From an uncultured Alphaproteobacteria bacterium (GTDB taxonomy: Bacteria > Pseudomonadota > Alphaproteobacteria > Rhizobiales > Hyphomicrobiaceae), in assembly GCA_963825555.1 (NCBI GenBank), contig CAWGTZ010000011.1, positions 89,301 through 153,300 of the forward strand: 64,000 bases of DNA. The letters are read 5' to 3'. A model generated the notes under the pieces. The model was not told the origin of the DNA and did no database searches. It was given only the letters and a program-made list of their open reading frames with translations. Position numbers and translations under genes: made by a program. Position 1 is the first letter of the stretch. The number at the start of each line of letters is the position of its first letter. Below, in pieces: positions 1 through 10,390 of this stretch.

Positions 1-191
1 CGCACCTGACCTTCGAGGCCGATCGCCGTCTGGAATAGAGAGTAGGCGTTAGCCTGCTGATCCATTGATCGCTCGACCCGCTGCATAAGGGCAGCGTTGA
101 TCCGCGCGAGCTTCTCAAGACGTCGCTCGAGCTCGGAGCCCGGACCGTCGTGGCGCGGCGGAATTGGATAGCTGACCTCGTCACTCTTCAT
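1..191 (-). CDS. Sensor protein (histidine kinase or cyclase type), N-terminal fragment, runs off window edge
   Basis: Minus-strand ATG at 191 lies 2 nt after the FIST gene stop. The translation MKSDEVSYPIPPRHDGPGSELERRLEKLARINAALMQRVERSMDQQANAYSLFQTAIGLEGQVR resembles the coiled-coil N-terminus of sensors encoded downstream of FIST/NosP genes. Only 63 aa are visible. Confidence 0.45.
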   Translation of the reverse strand, partial: MKSDEVSYPIPPRHDGPGSELERRLEKLARINAALMQRVERSMDQQANAYSLFQTAIGLEGQV

Positions 192-193
192 CT

Positions 194-1360
194 TTAGCGA
201 ACCGTATCCTTGCCGAACGCGATACCAGTGAGAGTCTGGTTCAAATGCATGGCATTGAACTGCTCTCCGTAGGTGTGGAACCCAACGACGCCGTAGCGAC
301 GGTAGAGTTCTTCCATATTGTGCCGGATCTGCCGGGTTTCCGCATCCAGCCGCCGCAGGACGCAATCAAAACCGATCACGAGATCCACACCTCCGATTTC
401 CCGTCCGATTTCTTCCAGCGCGTCTTCGGTCGCTTGAAGCATATCCTTTGGACGGGCGACGGTGAACACCAGGCCTTCATCGATAGCGCAGAAGAACGAG
501 AGAGAGCCGTCGTCGTTCATGTTGCGTATCGAGCGGCAATAGTAGTTTCCGCCAACTTTCACAACCAGAGGATAGGACGCGAAGCTGAAAGGGCCCAGAT
601 CGTCCGGCAGCAGGCCGATGGCGGAAGCATACTCCCGCGCGGCGGGCTCGGCATTCAGTTCCTTGACGATCCGCCGTTCCGTATCGGCTCCAGTCACAAC
701 CAGCTTGATTGGCGTTGGATCGAAATTCTGCGTTTTGAAAACGCGGAACGGCACATCCGTCTCGACGAGGATCAACACCGCTGCATCGGCCAACACACGC
801 CCGTCGTGCACAACGACCGCGCCCTGGAAGGCTAGCCCGTCGCCAGCCGAACCACCTATGAGCGGCACCTGCTCGATCGCCCAGTGCACCGCGGCGACCA
901 GCGTTTCTTCGGCGTTCGACAACCCATCGACCATCATCATGGCGAAAGCCGAGCGCCGCAGTGCCCCGGATTCGGCGACCTCCAAGTGGCCCTTGAGGCG
1001 GCGGGCCAGTTCCGTCGCGCGTTCGACGCCGAACTCGGAGACGTTCTCGACAAGACCTGAGTGGATGGTGAACCCCTCATACGGAAAAGCGATGAGCAGA
1101 ACACCCGTTTCGAGCATGCCGCCGGGGGTTATGGCCCCCGACGTCGAACATCCGGACAGGGGAATGTTGGGGAACGCAGCGGTCAGCGCCGCCACGAGCT
1201 GCTCGGCTTCGTAGTCGGCGGAGAAATAGGCGATAATATGCTGAATGCTATCCGACCCAAGACCGGCCTTCAGCTCGGCGACAACTTCGGCCAGATCTTC
1301 GCTCGCGCTCGACGCGCAGCGCACGCCACTGGCGCTCTGAATTGCCGACGGTCTGCCCAA
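194..1360 (-). CDS. FIST-domain (NosP-like) signal-sensing protein
   Basis: Long minus ORF 194..1495 with a FIST_N/FIST_C-like layout (IIAYFSADY..., LSGCSTSGAI..., PLIGGSAGD..., GFHTYGEQF). The ORF-track start at 1495 is a TTG. I prefer the TTG at 1360, preceded by GGAGGA and 7 nt. A GTG at 1324 is also possible. Confidence 0.7.
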   Translation of the reverse strand: MGRPSAIQSASGVRCASSASEDLAEVVAELKAGLGSDSIQHIIAYFSADYEAEQLVAALTAAFPNIPLSGCSTSGAITPGGMLETGVLLIAFPYEGFTIHSGLVENVSEFGVERATELARRLKGHLEVAESGALRRSAFAMMMVDGLSNAEETLVAAVHWAIEQVPLIGGSAGDGLAFQGAVVVHDGRVLADAAVLILVETDVPFRVFKTQNFDPTPIKLVVTGADTERRIVKELNAEPAAREYASAIGLLPDDLGPFSFASYPLVVKVGGNYYCRSIRNMNDDGSLSFFCAIDEGLVFTVARPKDMLQATEDALEEIGREIGGVDLVIGFDCVLRRLDAETRQIRHNMEELYRRYGVVGFHTYGEQFNAMHLNQTLTGIAFGKDTVR

Positions 1361-1572
1361 ACGACGTTCCTCCAAATGGGCCCGTTTTTCGCGGGGCTCC
1401 TTGGGCCCAGTGTTGCCATACCCGCCGCCTTCCGGCAAACGCCTGAGAGCGGCATGCTTTCTTCCGTGCCCCGGAAGTGGCCCGATGCGATGCAAACGAA
1501 ACCCTCGACGGGCCCGCCTGTTGCAGCCAGAGATCGGGAAGGGCCGTCGCTCCTGCCAGTGTGCGCACGTCG

Positions 1573-1956
1573 TCAGTCAAGCGTCACGCGTGCCTGCTCC
1601 GGCTCGTGCCCCGGCATGGTCAGGGTGACCACGATGGTTGTTCCTTTGGCGACCTTGAAGCTGCCCGTACCCTTGAGAAAATTCCCCGGGTCCGGCGTCA
1701 GCACGACGTCCTGCTTCTTGCCATGCGTGAGGATCGCGGCCGTCGCCTTGGAGTTCTGAACATCTTCGGCATGACCGCCGTCGCCATCCACATAGACTTC
1801 CAGTGCGCCGTCACGAGCCAAGATCTCCAGACGATGATGTCCGCTCTCGACGATCTTACCTCCGTGCTTTGCCGCATGCGCGTGATCCTCGTGGGCGTAT
1901 GCGACCGGGGCACACGCAATCAAGGCGGCGATGAAGCTATTGCGCAGGTTTTTCAT
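1573..1956 (-). CDS. Small periplasmic His-rich protein, last gene of the metal RND operon
   Basis: Signal peptide MKNLRNSFIAALIACAPVAYA followed by HEDHAHAAKH. GAGGAG sits 7 nt upstream of the ATG. The gene lies 30 nt downstream of the RND pump. It resembles the N-terminal domain of the adaptor gene 5112..6773. Confidence 0.7.
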   Translation of the reverse strand: MKNLRNSFIAALIACAPVAYAHEDHAHAAKHGGKIVESGHHRLEILARDGALEVYVDGDGGHAEDVQNSKATAAILTHGKKQDVVLTPDPGNFLKGTGSFKVAKGTTIVVTLTMPGHEPEQARVTLD

Positions 1957-1986
1957 GTCAGGCTCCTCACGTATTTCGTGTACTGT

Positions 1987-4900
1987 CTAGAACGCATGCA
2001 CCTGCGCAGCTCCGGACCGAGTGGCACGGAGCCGTTCCAGGGGCGCGCGGCCAAGTAGCAGAAAGAGAGTGGGCGTCAGGAAGGCATCAAGCAGGGTTGC
2101 CGAGATCAAACCACCAAAAATGGTCACGGCGACGGGACTGAGGATCTCCTTGCCCGGTTCATCGGCCCCGATCATGAGCGGCAGCAGCGCGATGCCCGCT
2201 GACAGGGCGGTCATGAGCACGGGCCGCAGGCGTTCCAGCGTGCCACGGATGACCAGATCCCGGCCGAACGTCTCCCCTTCGAACAGCGCCAGATTTATAT
2301 AATGGCTGATCTTGAGGATGCCGTTGCGGGTTGCGATGCCGGCGAGCGTAATGAAGCCGATGGCGCTCGCCACAGAGAAGCTCTGCCCGGCAAGCCACAG
2401 CGCCGCCACACTGCCGATAAGTGCCAGCGGTACGTTGGCCATGATGATCAGCGCCAGCACGGCGGACTGGTAGCGGCTGTAGAGCACCACGAAGATGAGG
2501 GCGAGCGACACCAACGAAAGACCGGCGATGAGACGAGAAGCCTCCTCCTCGGCCTGGAATTGCCCCTCCAGGCTCGTGAAGTAGCCCTGTGGCAGGCTCG
2601 CGCGACCGACGGCAGCGCGAACGTCGTCGACAATCCGCGCCAGATCGGAGCCATCCGTATTGGAGAACACCGCGATCCGGCGGCGCCCGTTCTCCCTTTG
2701 GATTTGATTGGGACCGTCGGTTTCGATCACTTCTGCCACGGACTTCAGTGGAATGCGTCCCGCCGGGCTCTCGATCAGCATATCTCCCAGCGCACGCGTC
2801 CGGCGATCCTCATCGCCGAGCCTGAGCACGACGTCGAACCGCTTCGACTGATCGATGATCTGCGAAACCACGCGCCCGTTTGACAGCGTCTCCAACGCCG
2901 ATGCGACATCATTGGGATTGAGGCCGTAGCGCTTGGCCTTGTCGTAGTCGATGCGAACCTGAAGCTGCGGGATGCGTACTTGTTTCTCGGTCTGCAGGTC
3001 CGTGATGCCGGGAATCGACTTGAGGCGCGCTTCCATATCGGCAGCCAACGCACGCAGTGTATCGTAGTCATCGCCATAGATTTTCAGCGCGATCTGTGCC
3101 CGCACGCCCGACAGCATATGGTCGAGCCGGTGCGCGATCGGCTGGCCGACGCTGATACTCGCCGGCAGAGCGGAAAGCCGGCTGCGGATATCGAGGAGGA
3201 CTTCTTCGCGGCTGCGGTCCGATCGCTTCAGATCAAGATCGAGTTCACTGGTATGCACGCCCTCGGCGTGCTCGTCGAGTTCCGCCCTGCCCGTGCGCCG
3301 GCCGACCGACTTCACTTCTGGCACACCGGTCACGATCTTCTCGGCCAGCCTGCCGATGCGATCGGACTCGGCGAGACTGATGCCTGGTTGCAGGTTGAGG
3401 CTGACCAGCACGGTCCCCTCGTTGAAGCTCGGCAAAAACGCGCGCGGCAGCATGAGAGCGCCGGCAACGGCGCCAACCACAGCGAGGGCCGGCATGGCGA
3501 TGACGAAAGCGGGCCGGCGAAAACTCCAGTCCAGGCCCTTGCGCTGCCAGCGCTTGAGAACGTCGACAATCAGCGCATCGCGTTCACCCAGGCTCCGCAT
3601 GCGGGGCAGAAGCCAGTATGCCAGTACCGGCGTCACCGTCATGGCCACGACGAGACTCGCCAGGATCGAAACGATGAAGGCGATCCCGAGCGGTGTGAAA
3701 AGCCGTCCCTCGATTCCGGATAGTGCGAAAAGCGGCAGAAAAACCAAGACTATTATGACAGTGGCGTAGAGTATTCCCGATCGCACCTCGATGGAGGCGT
3801 CAGCGACGACTTCAGCGACGGAGCGCCGATCGCGCCCGCCAGCCGCACGATGCTGGCCAAGCCGGCGATAGATGTTCTCCACGTCCACCACCGCATCATC
3901 GACGAGTGCGCCAATGGCAATTGCCAGCCCGCCGAGCGTCATCGTATTGATTCCGAGGCCGAGAAGCTGAAATACGATGACCGTCGCCAGCACCGAGAGC
4001 GGAATGGCAACAAGCGAAATGAAGGTCGTCTGCCAATTGAGCAGAAAGACGAACAGCACGATCGCGACTACCACGAGCGCTTCGATAAGCACGCGCTTCA
4101 CATTGGCGATCGACGTTTCAATAAAGGTTGCCTGCCGGAACTGGACGTCAGTGACCTTGACACCTTCCGGCATCTCACGCTGCAGATCGGGCAAAAGGGC
4201 TTCAATTTCACGAGTGATACCGACGGTATCCGCCCCCGGCTGCTTCTGCACGGCGAGAATGACCGCCGGCTTTCCGTTGAACCCGGCGTCGCCACGCTTG
4301 GTGCGGGCGGCGAAATCCACGGTCGCCACCTGTGCCAGGGAGATCACCTGTCCCTCGCGATAAGCCACGACGAGGTTCTTAAGATCCTCTATCCGCGTCG
4401 TCCGGGCGATGTTCCGAATAAGGTACTCGCGCGCCTTCAGGTCGACAAAACCGCCGCCCGTATTCACTCCGAACATCCGGATCGCCCGCTCGAGCGCTTC
4501 CAGGCTGACGTCAAGACCGGCCATGCGGCGCGGATCAGGCACAATGCGGAACTGGCGCACCTCGCCCCCGATGGGAATGACCTGCGAAACCCCTGAGACG
4601 GTCAACAGCCGGGGACGGACGACGAAATCTGCCGTCTCGCGCAGCGTCATCGGATCGGTCGTCTCGCTCGACATGGCGATCAGCATGATCTCACCCATGA
4701 TGGACGAGATGGGGCCCATCTGGGCTGCAACATCGCTGGGTAACTGGTCGCGAACGAGTTGCAGACGCTCCGATACCTGCTGCCGGGCAAGGGTGATCTG
4801 CGTCGACCAGTCAAACTCGATGGTGACGATGGAGAGCCCTACGCCGGTGACGGAGCGCACGCGTACCACGCCTGGCATGCCGGCCATGGCCGTCTCGACT

Positions 4901-5103
4901 GGGAAGGTGACAAGTTGTTCGACTTCTTCCGGCGCCAGACCGTGCGCCTCTGTCATCAGGGTCACAGTAGGGCGATTGAGATCGGGAAACACGTCGACCG
5001 GCAGCGTGCGCAGTGTCAACACACCGTAGAACATGAGCACAAGCCCGCCGATCAGGACGAAGAGCCGGTTGGCTAGACTGGCACGGACAATGGCATCGAA
5101 CAT
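1987..5103 (-). CDS. Heavy-metal efflux RND permease (CzcA/CusA family)
   Basis: Protein of about 1040 aa with the typical CusA/CzcA N-terminus [17 protein letters not shown] and 12-TM RND architecture. Start chosen at ATG 5103 (GAGG upstream). GTG at 5115, overlapping the adaptor stop, is the alternative. Confidence 0.9.
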   Translation of the reverse strand: MFDAIVRASLANRLFVLIGGLVLMFYGVLTLRTLPVDVFPDLNRPTVTLMTEAHGLAPEEVEQLVTFPVETAMAGMPGVVRVRSVTGVGLSIVTIEFDWSTQITLARQQVSERLQLVRDQLPSDVAAQMGPISSIMGEIMLIAMSSETTDPMTLRETADFVVRPRLLTVSGVSQVIPIGGEVRQFRIVPDPRRMAGLDVSLEALERAIRMFGVNTGGGFVDLKAREYLIRNIARTTRIEDLKNLVVAYREGQVISLAQVATVDFAARTKRGDAGFNGKPAVILAVQKQPGADTVGITREIEALLPDLQREMPEGVKVTDVQFRQATFIETSIANVKRVLIEALVVVAIVLFVFLLNWQTTFISLVAIPLSVLATVIVFQLLGLGINTMTLGGLAIAIGALVDDAVVDVENIYRRLGQHRAAGGRDRRSVAEVVADASIEVRSGILYATVIIVLVFLPLFALSGIEGRLFTPLGIAFIVSILASLVVAMTVTPVLAYWLLPRMRSLGERDALIVDVLKRWQRKGLDWSFRRPAFVIAMPALAVVGAVAGALMLPRAFLPSFNEGTVLVSLNLQPGISLAESDRIGRLAEKIVTGVPEVKSVGRRTGRAELDEHAEGVHTSELDLDLKRSDRSREEVLLDIRSRLSALPASISVGQPIAHRLDHMLSGVRAQIALKIYGDDYDTLRALAADMEARLKSIPGITDLQTEKQVRIPQLQVRIDYDKAKRYGLNPNDVASALETLSNGRVVSQIIDQSKRFDVVLRLGDEDRRTRALGDMLIESPAGRIPLKSVAEVIETDGPNQIQRENGRRRIAVFSNTDGSDLARIVDDVRAAVGRASLPQGYFTSLEGQFQAEEEASRLIAGLSLVSLALIFVVLYSRYQSAVLALIIMANVPLALIGSVAALWLAGQSFSVASAIGFITLAGIATRNGILKISHYINLALFEGETFGRDLVIRGTLERLRPVLMTALSAGIALLPLMIGADEPGKEILSPVAVTIFGGLISATLLDAFLTPTLFLLLGRAPLERLRATRSGAAQVHAF

Positions 5104-5111
5104 GGACGGCC

Positions 5112-6773
5112 TCACCGGACTTGATTGATGAGTTCCGCACCGGCAATGACGACGCGTGCGCCTTCCTCCAGCCCGGCAGTGACAAGCACGCGATCGCCGT
5201 CCAGCGGACGGGTCCGCACCAGGGCCGGGCGAAAGTTCTCAGCAGAAGATTTCACCCACACCTGTGACAGTCCATGGTTGCCGCGAACCACGGCCGCATC
5301 GGGCAGAATGATTCCTGTGTCGCTTTCCCGGCGTTGCGCGATGACCGTCACAGGCGCGCCGACGGCAAGTCCCGTATGCGGTTCGTCGATGCGAAACAGC
5401 AACGCCTGGGACTGCTGCCTCAGGGTTGGAGAGCGTCCTACGTAAGAGAGCTCGATAGTGTGCCCGTCGGCATCACGCGCCACGCCCCCGGAAATATCGT
5501 CCTCACCATGGATATCCAATCCAGCGGCTTCGACCCAAAGGCGCTCCGGATCGACGATCTCGAACAAAGTGTCGCGCGCGCTGACCACTTGACCGGCGCG
5601 AACATTGGCAACCGAGATGACACCTTTGACGGGTGCCACCAAGTCGAACTTTTGGACGTCCTTTGGTTCCAGAACGCGCTTCTGCTCGCGCAGCGCCTCC
5701 AACTCCGCACGCGTATCATCGATGTCACTTTGCGCAACGACGCCAGATATGCGCGAAAGGCGCGTGAGCTTCTGCTCGGCAACCTTAAGCTTGCCAGCTA
5801 CTTCCGCCCGCAATTGCTGCATGGTGCCGAGATCCGCAAGAGGAATTGTAGGCGACAATCGCGCCAGAACCTCGCCCGCCTCTACCTTCTGCCCTACGAA
5901 CGACAGGCCGCGTTCGCCCAACTCGACCAGACCATCCATTGGCGCCTGGATTCGGCCAAAGGCCGAGGGATCGGCGATCACCGTGCCGATCACCTCCATG
6001 GTTCGTTGCGCCGAGTTCACCTTGGCTGGACGTGTGCGCACCTCTAGAAGTCGCTGCGTCGGTTTTGGCAGAAACACGCTGCCGTCGGGAAGCCGCCGCG
6101 GTACGTTGCCCAAGGGTACGGCTGACACCGCAGGCGCATCGTCATGGTCATGTTCTTCGTGGGCGCGAACAGGGTCCGCCCCCAGTCCCATCAGAACCGC
6201 GGTGACGAGGACAGCGCTGGCCGGTCCCACGGGCGGTCGCGGTCGGATTAGTAAAGCGATCACCAAGCCAAGGATGAGACCGGCGGCCATCATGATCCAG
6301 GCTGCCGGCTGCGTGACGACCTCGGAAACGGAGTGCGACATGGCATCGGATTCCGGCTGAGGATCCGGGATCGCCAGAGTTCCGTTCAGCAGCTCGGCCT
6401 CGTCCCCAAGCCGAATGGTGAAGACCAGCGCCTTTGTTCCGGGTTCCTCCATCCACTCGGTCCCTATCTTGTAGGTGCCCGGTGCGATTTGCTCGCCGAC
6501 CAGCGGCTTCATGCCTGGGGCAGATACCTCGATGGAGGCGTCATCGACCGGCTCGTTCGTCTCGACGCGATCGAGATAGATCGCGAGTTGGTGACCCTCG
6601 GCGATCGCGACCAGCTCCAGATCCGTTCCGGTAGCTTCGAGACGCGGGGCTTCGCGAACGGCTGACGGGGCAGGCCCGTGATCGTGGCCGTGATCATGGT
6701 CGTGGCCAGGCCCTGCCGCAGACGGCAACGCCCACGAAAGCGCCAGAACGAAAGGAAGAAGATATCGTAACAT
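5112..6773 (-). CDS. RND periplasmic adaptor (CzcB/CusB-like) with an extra N-terminal His-rich domain
   Basis: The C-terminal ~350 aa is a typical membrane-fusion protein (coiled-coil hairpin, beta-barrel). The N-terminal ~145 aa has a signal peptide, [11 protein letters not shown] and a beta-rich domain. Hydrophobic segments and a second tract, HEEHDHDD, follow. Confidence 0.85.
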   Translation of the reverse strand: MLRYLLPFVLALSWALPSAAGPGHDHDHGHDHGPAPSAVREAPRLEATGTDLELVAIAEGHQLAIYLDRVETNEPVDDASIEVSAPGMKPLVGEQIAPGTYKIGTEWMEEPGTKALVFTIRLGDEAELLNGTLAIPDPQPESDAMSHSVSEVVTQPAAWIMMAAGLILGLVIALLIRPRPPVGPASAVLVTAVLMGLGADPVRAHEEHDHDDAPAVSAVPLGNVPRRLPDGSVFLPKPTQRLLEVRTRPAKVNSAQRTMEVIGTVIADPSAFGRIQAPMDGLVELGERGLSFVGQKVEAGEVLARLSPTIPLADLGTMQQLRAEVAGKLKVAEQKLTRLSRISGVVAQSDIDDTRAELEALREQKRVLEPKDVQKFDLVAPVKGVISVANVRAGQVVSARDTLFEIVDPERLWVEAAGLDIHGEDDISGGVARDADGHTIELSYVGRSPTLRQQSQALLFRIDEPHTGLAVGAPVTVIAQRRESDTGIILPDAAVVRGNHGLSQVWVKSSAENFRPALVRTRPLDGDRVLVTAGLEEGARVVIAGAELINQVR

Positions 6774-6931
6774 TGGTCGGGTCCATGCCTGAAGGGATCG
6801 AGCATTGCAGCATGGAGCTTCTATGTGGACGGACCGGCAGCGACGTCGCGCACATGGCCGGAAAAAGGTCCGATGTAAAGATCCATGCTGATGGCAGCAC
6901 GGGATTTGAAACCAAAGGTCGTGTCCCGCGC

Positions 6932-7372
6932 TCAGAGGGTAGCGCGAGGAGGTCTCAAGGGAGGCGCTGTCGGCCGGCCCGCCGGAATAGCTGAATTGAG
7001 ACCGGCAAGCCGCGTGCCCGCACGGGTTCCGAAGATCGGCCCGGACTGGCCTGTCGCGAGAGCCGGCGTGGAACAGCAGTGGACATGCGTATGACAGCAG
7101 CGGTCGGCCGAATGCCTCGAATGATCACAGCCATCCCCGTGATCGGCATCATGATGCATCGCGGCGTGGTGATGCCCGTAGTGCGCATCTGAGTGATGGC
7201 GATGTGAATGGGCGTGACTAGCATCACCGCCCGCATCAGCTTGGCTCATCTCGTGCGCGAGAAATGCACCGCCAGCTTCGTGCAGTCCCGACAATCCCAA
7301 AGCCCAGGCGTTGCCGAAGGCCATGACGGCCACCAGCAGGGCAATGACAGCTCCGCGGATTCTTTCGCACAT
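6932..7372 (-). CDS. His/Cys-rich small protein, first gene of the metal-efflux cluster (putative metal-binding)
   Basis: Start taken at MCERIRGAVIALLVAVMAFGNAWA (signal-like). The core is HAHSHRHHSDAHYGHHHAAMHHDADHGDGCDHSRHSADRCCHTHVHCC. It lies upstream of and co-oriented with the adaptor and pump. Confidence 0.55.
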   Translation of the reverse strand: MCERIRGAVIALLVAVMAFGNAWALGLSGLHEAGGAFLAHEMSQADAGGDASHAHSHRHHSDAHYGHHHAAMHHDADHGDGCDHSRHSADRCCHTHVHCCSTPALATGQSGPIFGTRAGTRLAGLNSAIPAGRPTAPPLRPPRATL

Positions 7373-7559
7373 GCTCACAGGACACTCCCGTTTGCCCCCG
7401 GCGTCAAGGGCTGCACCGCTAAACGGACAGCGAGGCCCAAAGAGAGCGCATGAACGGCCCCACAGACCCGCCACGCCTGCGGCTCAAATACGACTTCTTA
7501 ACGTGCGACTTCTATCGTTAGGGACGTAGTAACATTGATCGAATTATTCGAGAATTGCG

Positions 7560-7979
7560 ATGAGTAAGCGTGTCGTTGCAGGCGTTACCATCGCCGCCTG
7601 CCTTCTGGCGATAGGTGCGCAGCCGGGCCGGGCGGTCGGCCTGGATGACGATCCACATTGCGGTCTCTTTTCCAAGGTTCGCGAGACCCTGACGAACGAC
7701 ATCGGCAAGAGCGTCGATCGCGTGACCCGATTTTCGGGCGTTGAGGTGAGTTGCGATAAAAAGGCAATCGTGTTTCGCCAAGCGGTGAGCCTGGACCGCG
7801 GACAGCTCGTATCCGATTGGGTCGAGCGGCACGGACGAAAATGGTCGAAAACGTACTGCCGAGGCCCTGCCGCCTTCGCCGATGCCATCCGTCGTGGCTG
7901 GACCATCTCGACCATCATCAACCTGCGCGATGGAAGTGAAGTGCGCATCGACGCTACCTGCTTTGACGCTGAAGCCTAA
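7560..7979 (+). CDS. Hypothetical secreted protein
   Basis: 139-aa ORF with the signal peptide MSKRVVAGVTIAACLLAIGAQPGRA and four Cys. No family recognised. Confidence 0.5.
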   Translation: MSKRVVAGVTIAACLLAIGAQPGRAVGLDDDPHCGLFSKVRETLTNDIGKSVDRVTRFSGVEVSCDKKAIVFRQAVSLDRGQLVSDWVERHGRKWSKTYCRGPAAFADAIRRGWTISTIINLRDGSEVRIDATCFDAEA

Positions 7980-8149
7980 GCCGCGCCGCCCTCAGCACAG
8001 TCGCTGATTTATGGTGGGCATGTCGGCCGCGATGTAGGGAATGGCGTGCAGCTCTGGCGGCAGCCCACCGCCACCGCTATGCTCTATCCCCTCGTCGCCG
8101 TCACAAGACAGCTCTTGTACTTAAATGACTGAGAGGGGATGGGCTTTGC

Positions 8150-8509
8150 ATGGGCTATCCGTATCGTATCTTTCGACAGAATGCATGGCCCCTGCGCCTG
8201 ATGATCTGCGCACCGCTCATTTTGCAGACCTCTGCCGCGTTTACTCAGGACAGTGAGGATCTGGACGGCGGAAAGCTCCTCCAAGGCAACTGCGGCCGCT
8301 GCCATGCCGTGGAGCAGACGGGCAATAGCCCCCTGCAGAGCGCACCGCCCCTGCGAGACATCTATCGCAAGCGCTCCACGGAGCAGCTTGAATTCGAGTT
8401 CGCCGAGGGCATGGGCTCGCGTCACCCGGAAATGCCGCAGATTCAGTTCTCTTCGGAAGAGATCGCCGCAATCCTGACCCATCTTGCGCGTATTACGAAC
8501 CCTGAGTAA
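8150..8509 (+). CDS. Monoheme c-type cytochrome (distant paralog of the 33.2-35.3 kb array)
   Basis: N-terminal hydrophobic leader, CGRCH heme motif and a downstream HPEMP motif with a C-terminal helix, as in the tandem cytochromes. Confidence 0.75.
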   Translation: MGYPYRIFRQNAWPLRLMICAPLILQTSAAFTQDSEDLDGGKLLQGNCGRCHAVEQTGNSPLQSAPPLRDIYRKRSTEQLEFEFAEGMGSRHPEMPQIQFSSEEIAAILTHLARITNPE

Positions 8510-8671
8510 TCGCGAGGCCATCAGCCATGCGTTGAAACACCCTCATCATCTGACATTCGTCAGACAAAATGGATGGTGCCGCTGTGGAAAATCGATGCCG
8601 GTTGCACGCATGAGCGGACAATCTCGAACCCTTGCTCTAGAGTGCCCCCTCGAGGGATTGCGGGGGGTATC

Positions 8672-9211
8672 ATGAGAAGTCACTCGGCCGACTTCGCAGG
8701 CGCATCCAGTGAGGGGCTATGTCCCGATCTGGTCCCTATTTTGCGCACAGTCAGCCGATGGGCCGATCTCCACCCTGTTGTATCCGACGTCATTATTTTC
8801 GGTGACAGGATCCGCAGCGGCCATGCCAAGCGCGCTGTCCTTCATCTGGCGGTCTGCTACGATCCCGACAAATTGAACGAGGGCTTCGATGACTGGATCG
8901 AGCAGCTGCGCACCGACTTTGCTGACCTGCGCTCCTGGCTCGGTATGCCTCTCGACGTTACTCTGCCCAACCATGGGCAGGGCTGGTCTCTGATCGGGGC
9001 GGGTACGGACGTCGAAGATATGGCGCGCGGAAAAGTGCGCTGCGTTTTGACTGATCCCGTGAGTTCCCATGCGCCGTTCATCACCCGCACGGCAACCCAA
9101 GACCAGAGCGTTATGACTACGGTCATGCGGTCCCTCTGGTGTCGCCTTCGGGATGGCCTGCCCTTTTCTCTGTCGCCACCGTTCGCGGCGGGCCGCCGCC
9201 CTCTTCCCTGA
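8672..9211 (+). CDS. Hypothetical protein
   Basis: ORF 8573..9211. ATG at 8672 chosen (MRSHSADFAG...). No recognisable family, and the C-terminal third is low-complexity. Confidence 0.35.
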   Translation: MRSHSADFAGASSEGLCPDLVPILRTVSRWADLHPVVSDVIIFGDRIRSGHAKRAVLHLAVCYDPDKLNEGFDDWIEQLRTDFADLRSWLGMPLDVTLPNHGQGWSLIGAGTDVEDMARGKVRCVLTDPVSSHAPFITRTATQDQSVMTTVMRSLWCRLRDGLPFSLSPPFAAGRRPLP

Positions 9212-9406
9212 TTGCGGCCTCGTATCAAACCATGCTCCTGACGTTGTCGGCATGACCGGACGGCATCACGGCCGCTGGCTGTGAGGCTCCCTACCTCAGC
9301 CCTGGTGGCCTTGCGCGCCGTTACCGCTATGCTCGTCAGCTTGAGACAGGCCGCTAGCATCAGCTTCGCAGGGCCCTGATCCAAGACCAAGACACCAGGA
9401 CCGCCC

Positions 9407-10390
9407 ATGCGCATTGCAACTTTCAACCTGGAAAGCCTCGACGTTCCCCCAAAGGCTCACACGCCGCTGGAAGCGCGCGTCGATATTCTTCGGCCTGCGC
9501 TCGACCGTCTCGAAGCCGATGTCCTGTGCCTTCAGGAGGTCAATGGGCAGAAGATACCTGGAAAAGATGAGCGCCAGCTCGTTGCCCTCGACAAATTGTT
9601 GGCTGGAACGCCCTATGCCAATTATCACAGAGCGACTTCGACCGCTTCGGACGGTCATGGTGTGGCCGACGTCCATAATCTTGTGACGCTCTCCCGCTTT
9701 TCCATCCTGTCCTTCAGCCGCGTCCAGCACGATCTGGTCCCCCCGCTGCAGTATAGCCTGCAAACGGCAGACCCTCCCGATTGCGACGCCCATCCCCTCC
9801 GCTTCGACCGTCCCCTCCTCGTAACCGAACTCGATCTGGGGCAAGGACGGCGCATGTCGGTCGTGAACCTGCATCTGCGCGCGCCGCTGGCAGCAGCCAT
9901 TCCCGGGCAGAAAATTTCCCCCTTCGTCTGGAAAAGCGTCTCGGGCTGGGCAGAAGGATACTTCCTCGCCGCCTTGCGGCGCGGCGCGCAAGCACTTGAA
10001 TTACGCCTGCTTCTCGACCGGCTGCTCGCAGCAGACCCTCATGGCCTGATCGCTGTTGCCGGTGACTTCAACGCCGAAGATCACCAGACGCCGCTAAAAA
10101 TCGCCATCGGGGCGGAGGAAGAGACTGGGAACGGCCAACTCACCGGGCACAGCCTTGTCGTGCTCGACAGGGCCATAGCCAGCGACCGGCGCTGGAGCGT
10201 GTTGCACTATGGCCGTCCGCAGATGCTCGATCATATTCTCGCTAGCCGAACGCTTTATGCGCACTTCCGCTCGATCGAAGTCCACAACGAAACGCTGGGC
10301 GACGAAGCGGTGAGCTACGCCAAGGTCGACAACCCCCCCGGCTCTTATCACGCTGCCGTTGTGGCGGAGTTCGCGATCAAAAGCACTTGA
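9407..10390 (+). CDS. Endonuclease/exonuclease/phosphatase (EEP) family protein
   Basis: MRIATFNLESL...DVLCLQEV... and a C-terminal ...GDFN...DHIL pattern are typical of the EEP fold. Confidence 0.8.
   Translation: MRIATFNLESLDVPPKAHTPLEARVDILRPALDRLEADVLCLQEVNGQKIPGKDERQLVALDKLLAGTPYANYHRATSTASDGHGVADVHNLVTLSRFSILSFSRVQHDLVPPLQYSLQTADPPDCDAHPLRFDRPLLVTELDLGQGRRMSVVNLHLRAPLAAAIPGQKISPFVWKSVSGWAEGYFLAALRRGAQALELRLLLDRLLAADPHGLIAVAGDFNAEDHQTPLKIAIGAEEETGNGQLTGHSLVVLDRAIASDRRWSVLHYGRPQMLDHILASRTLYAHFRSIEVHNETLGDEAVSYAKVDNPPGSYHAAVVAEFAIKST

Noticed and set aside
8672-9211. Possible nucleotidyltransferase-fold (MNT/antitoxin-like) protein, based on VIIFGDRIRSGHAKRAVLHLAV resembling the FGSxARG...D-x-D pattern.
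   Set aside because: The catalytic Asp residues are not present (LHL instead of DxD) and the similarity is a few residues long. It is kept only as a hypothetical protein.
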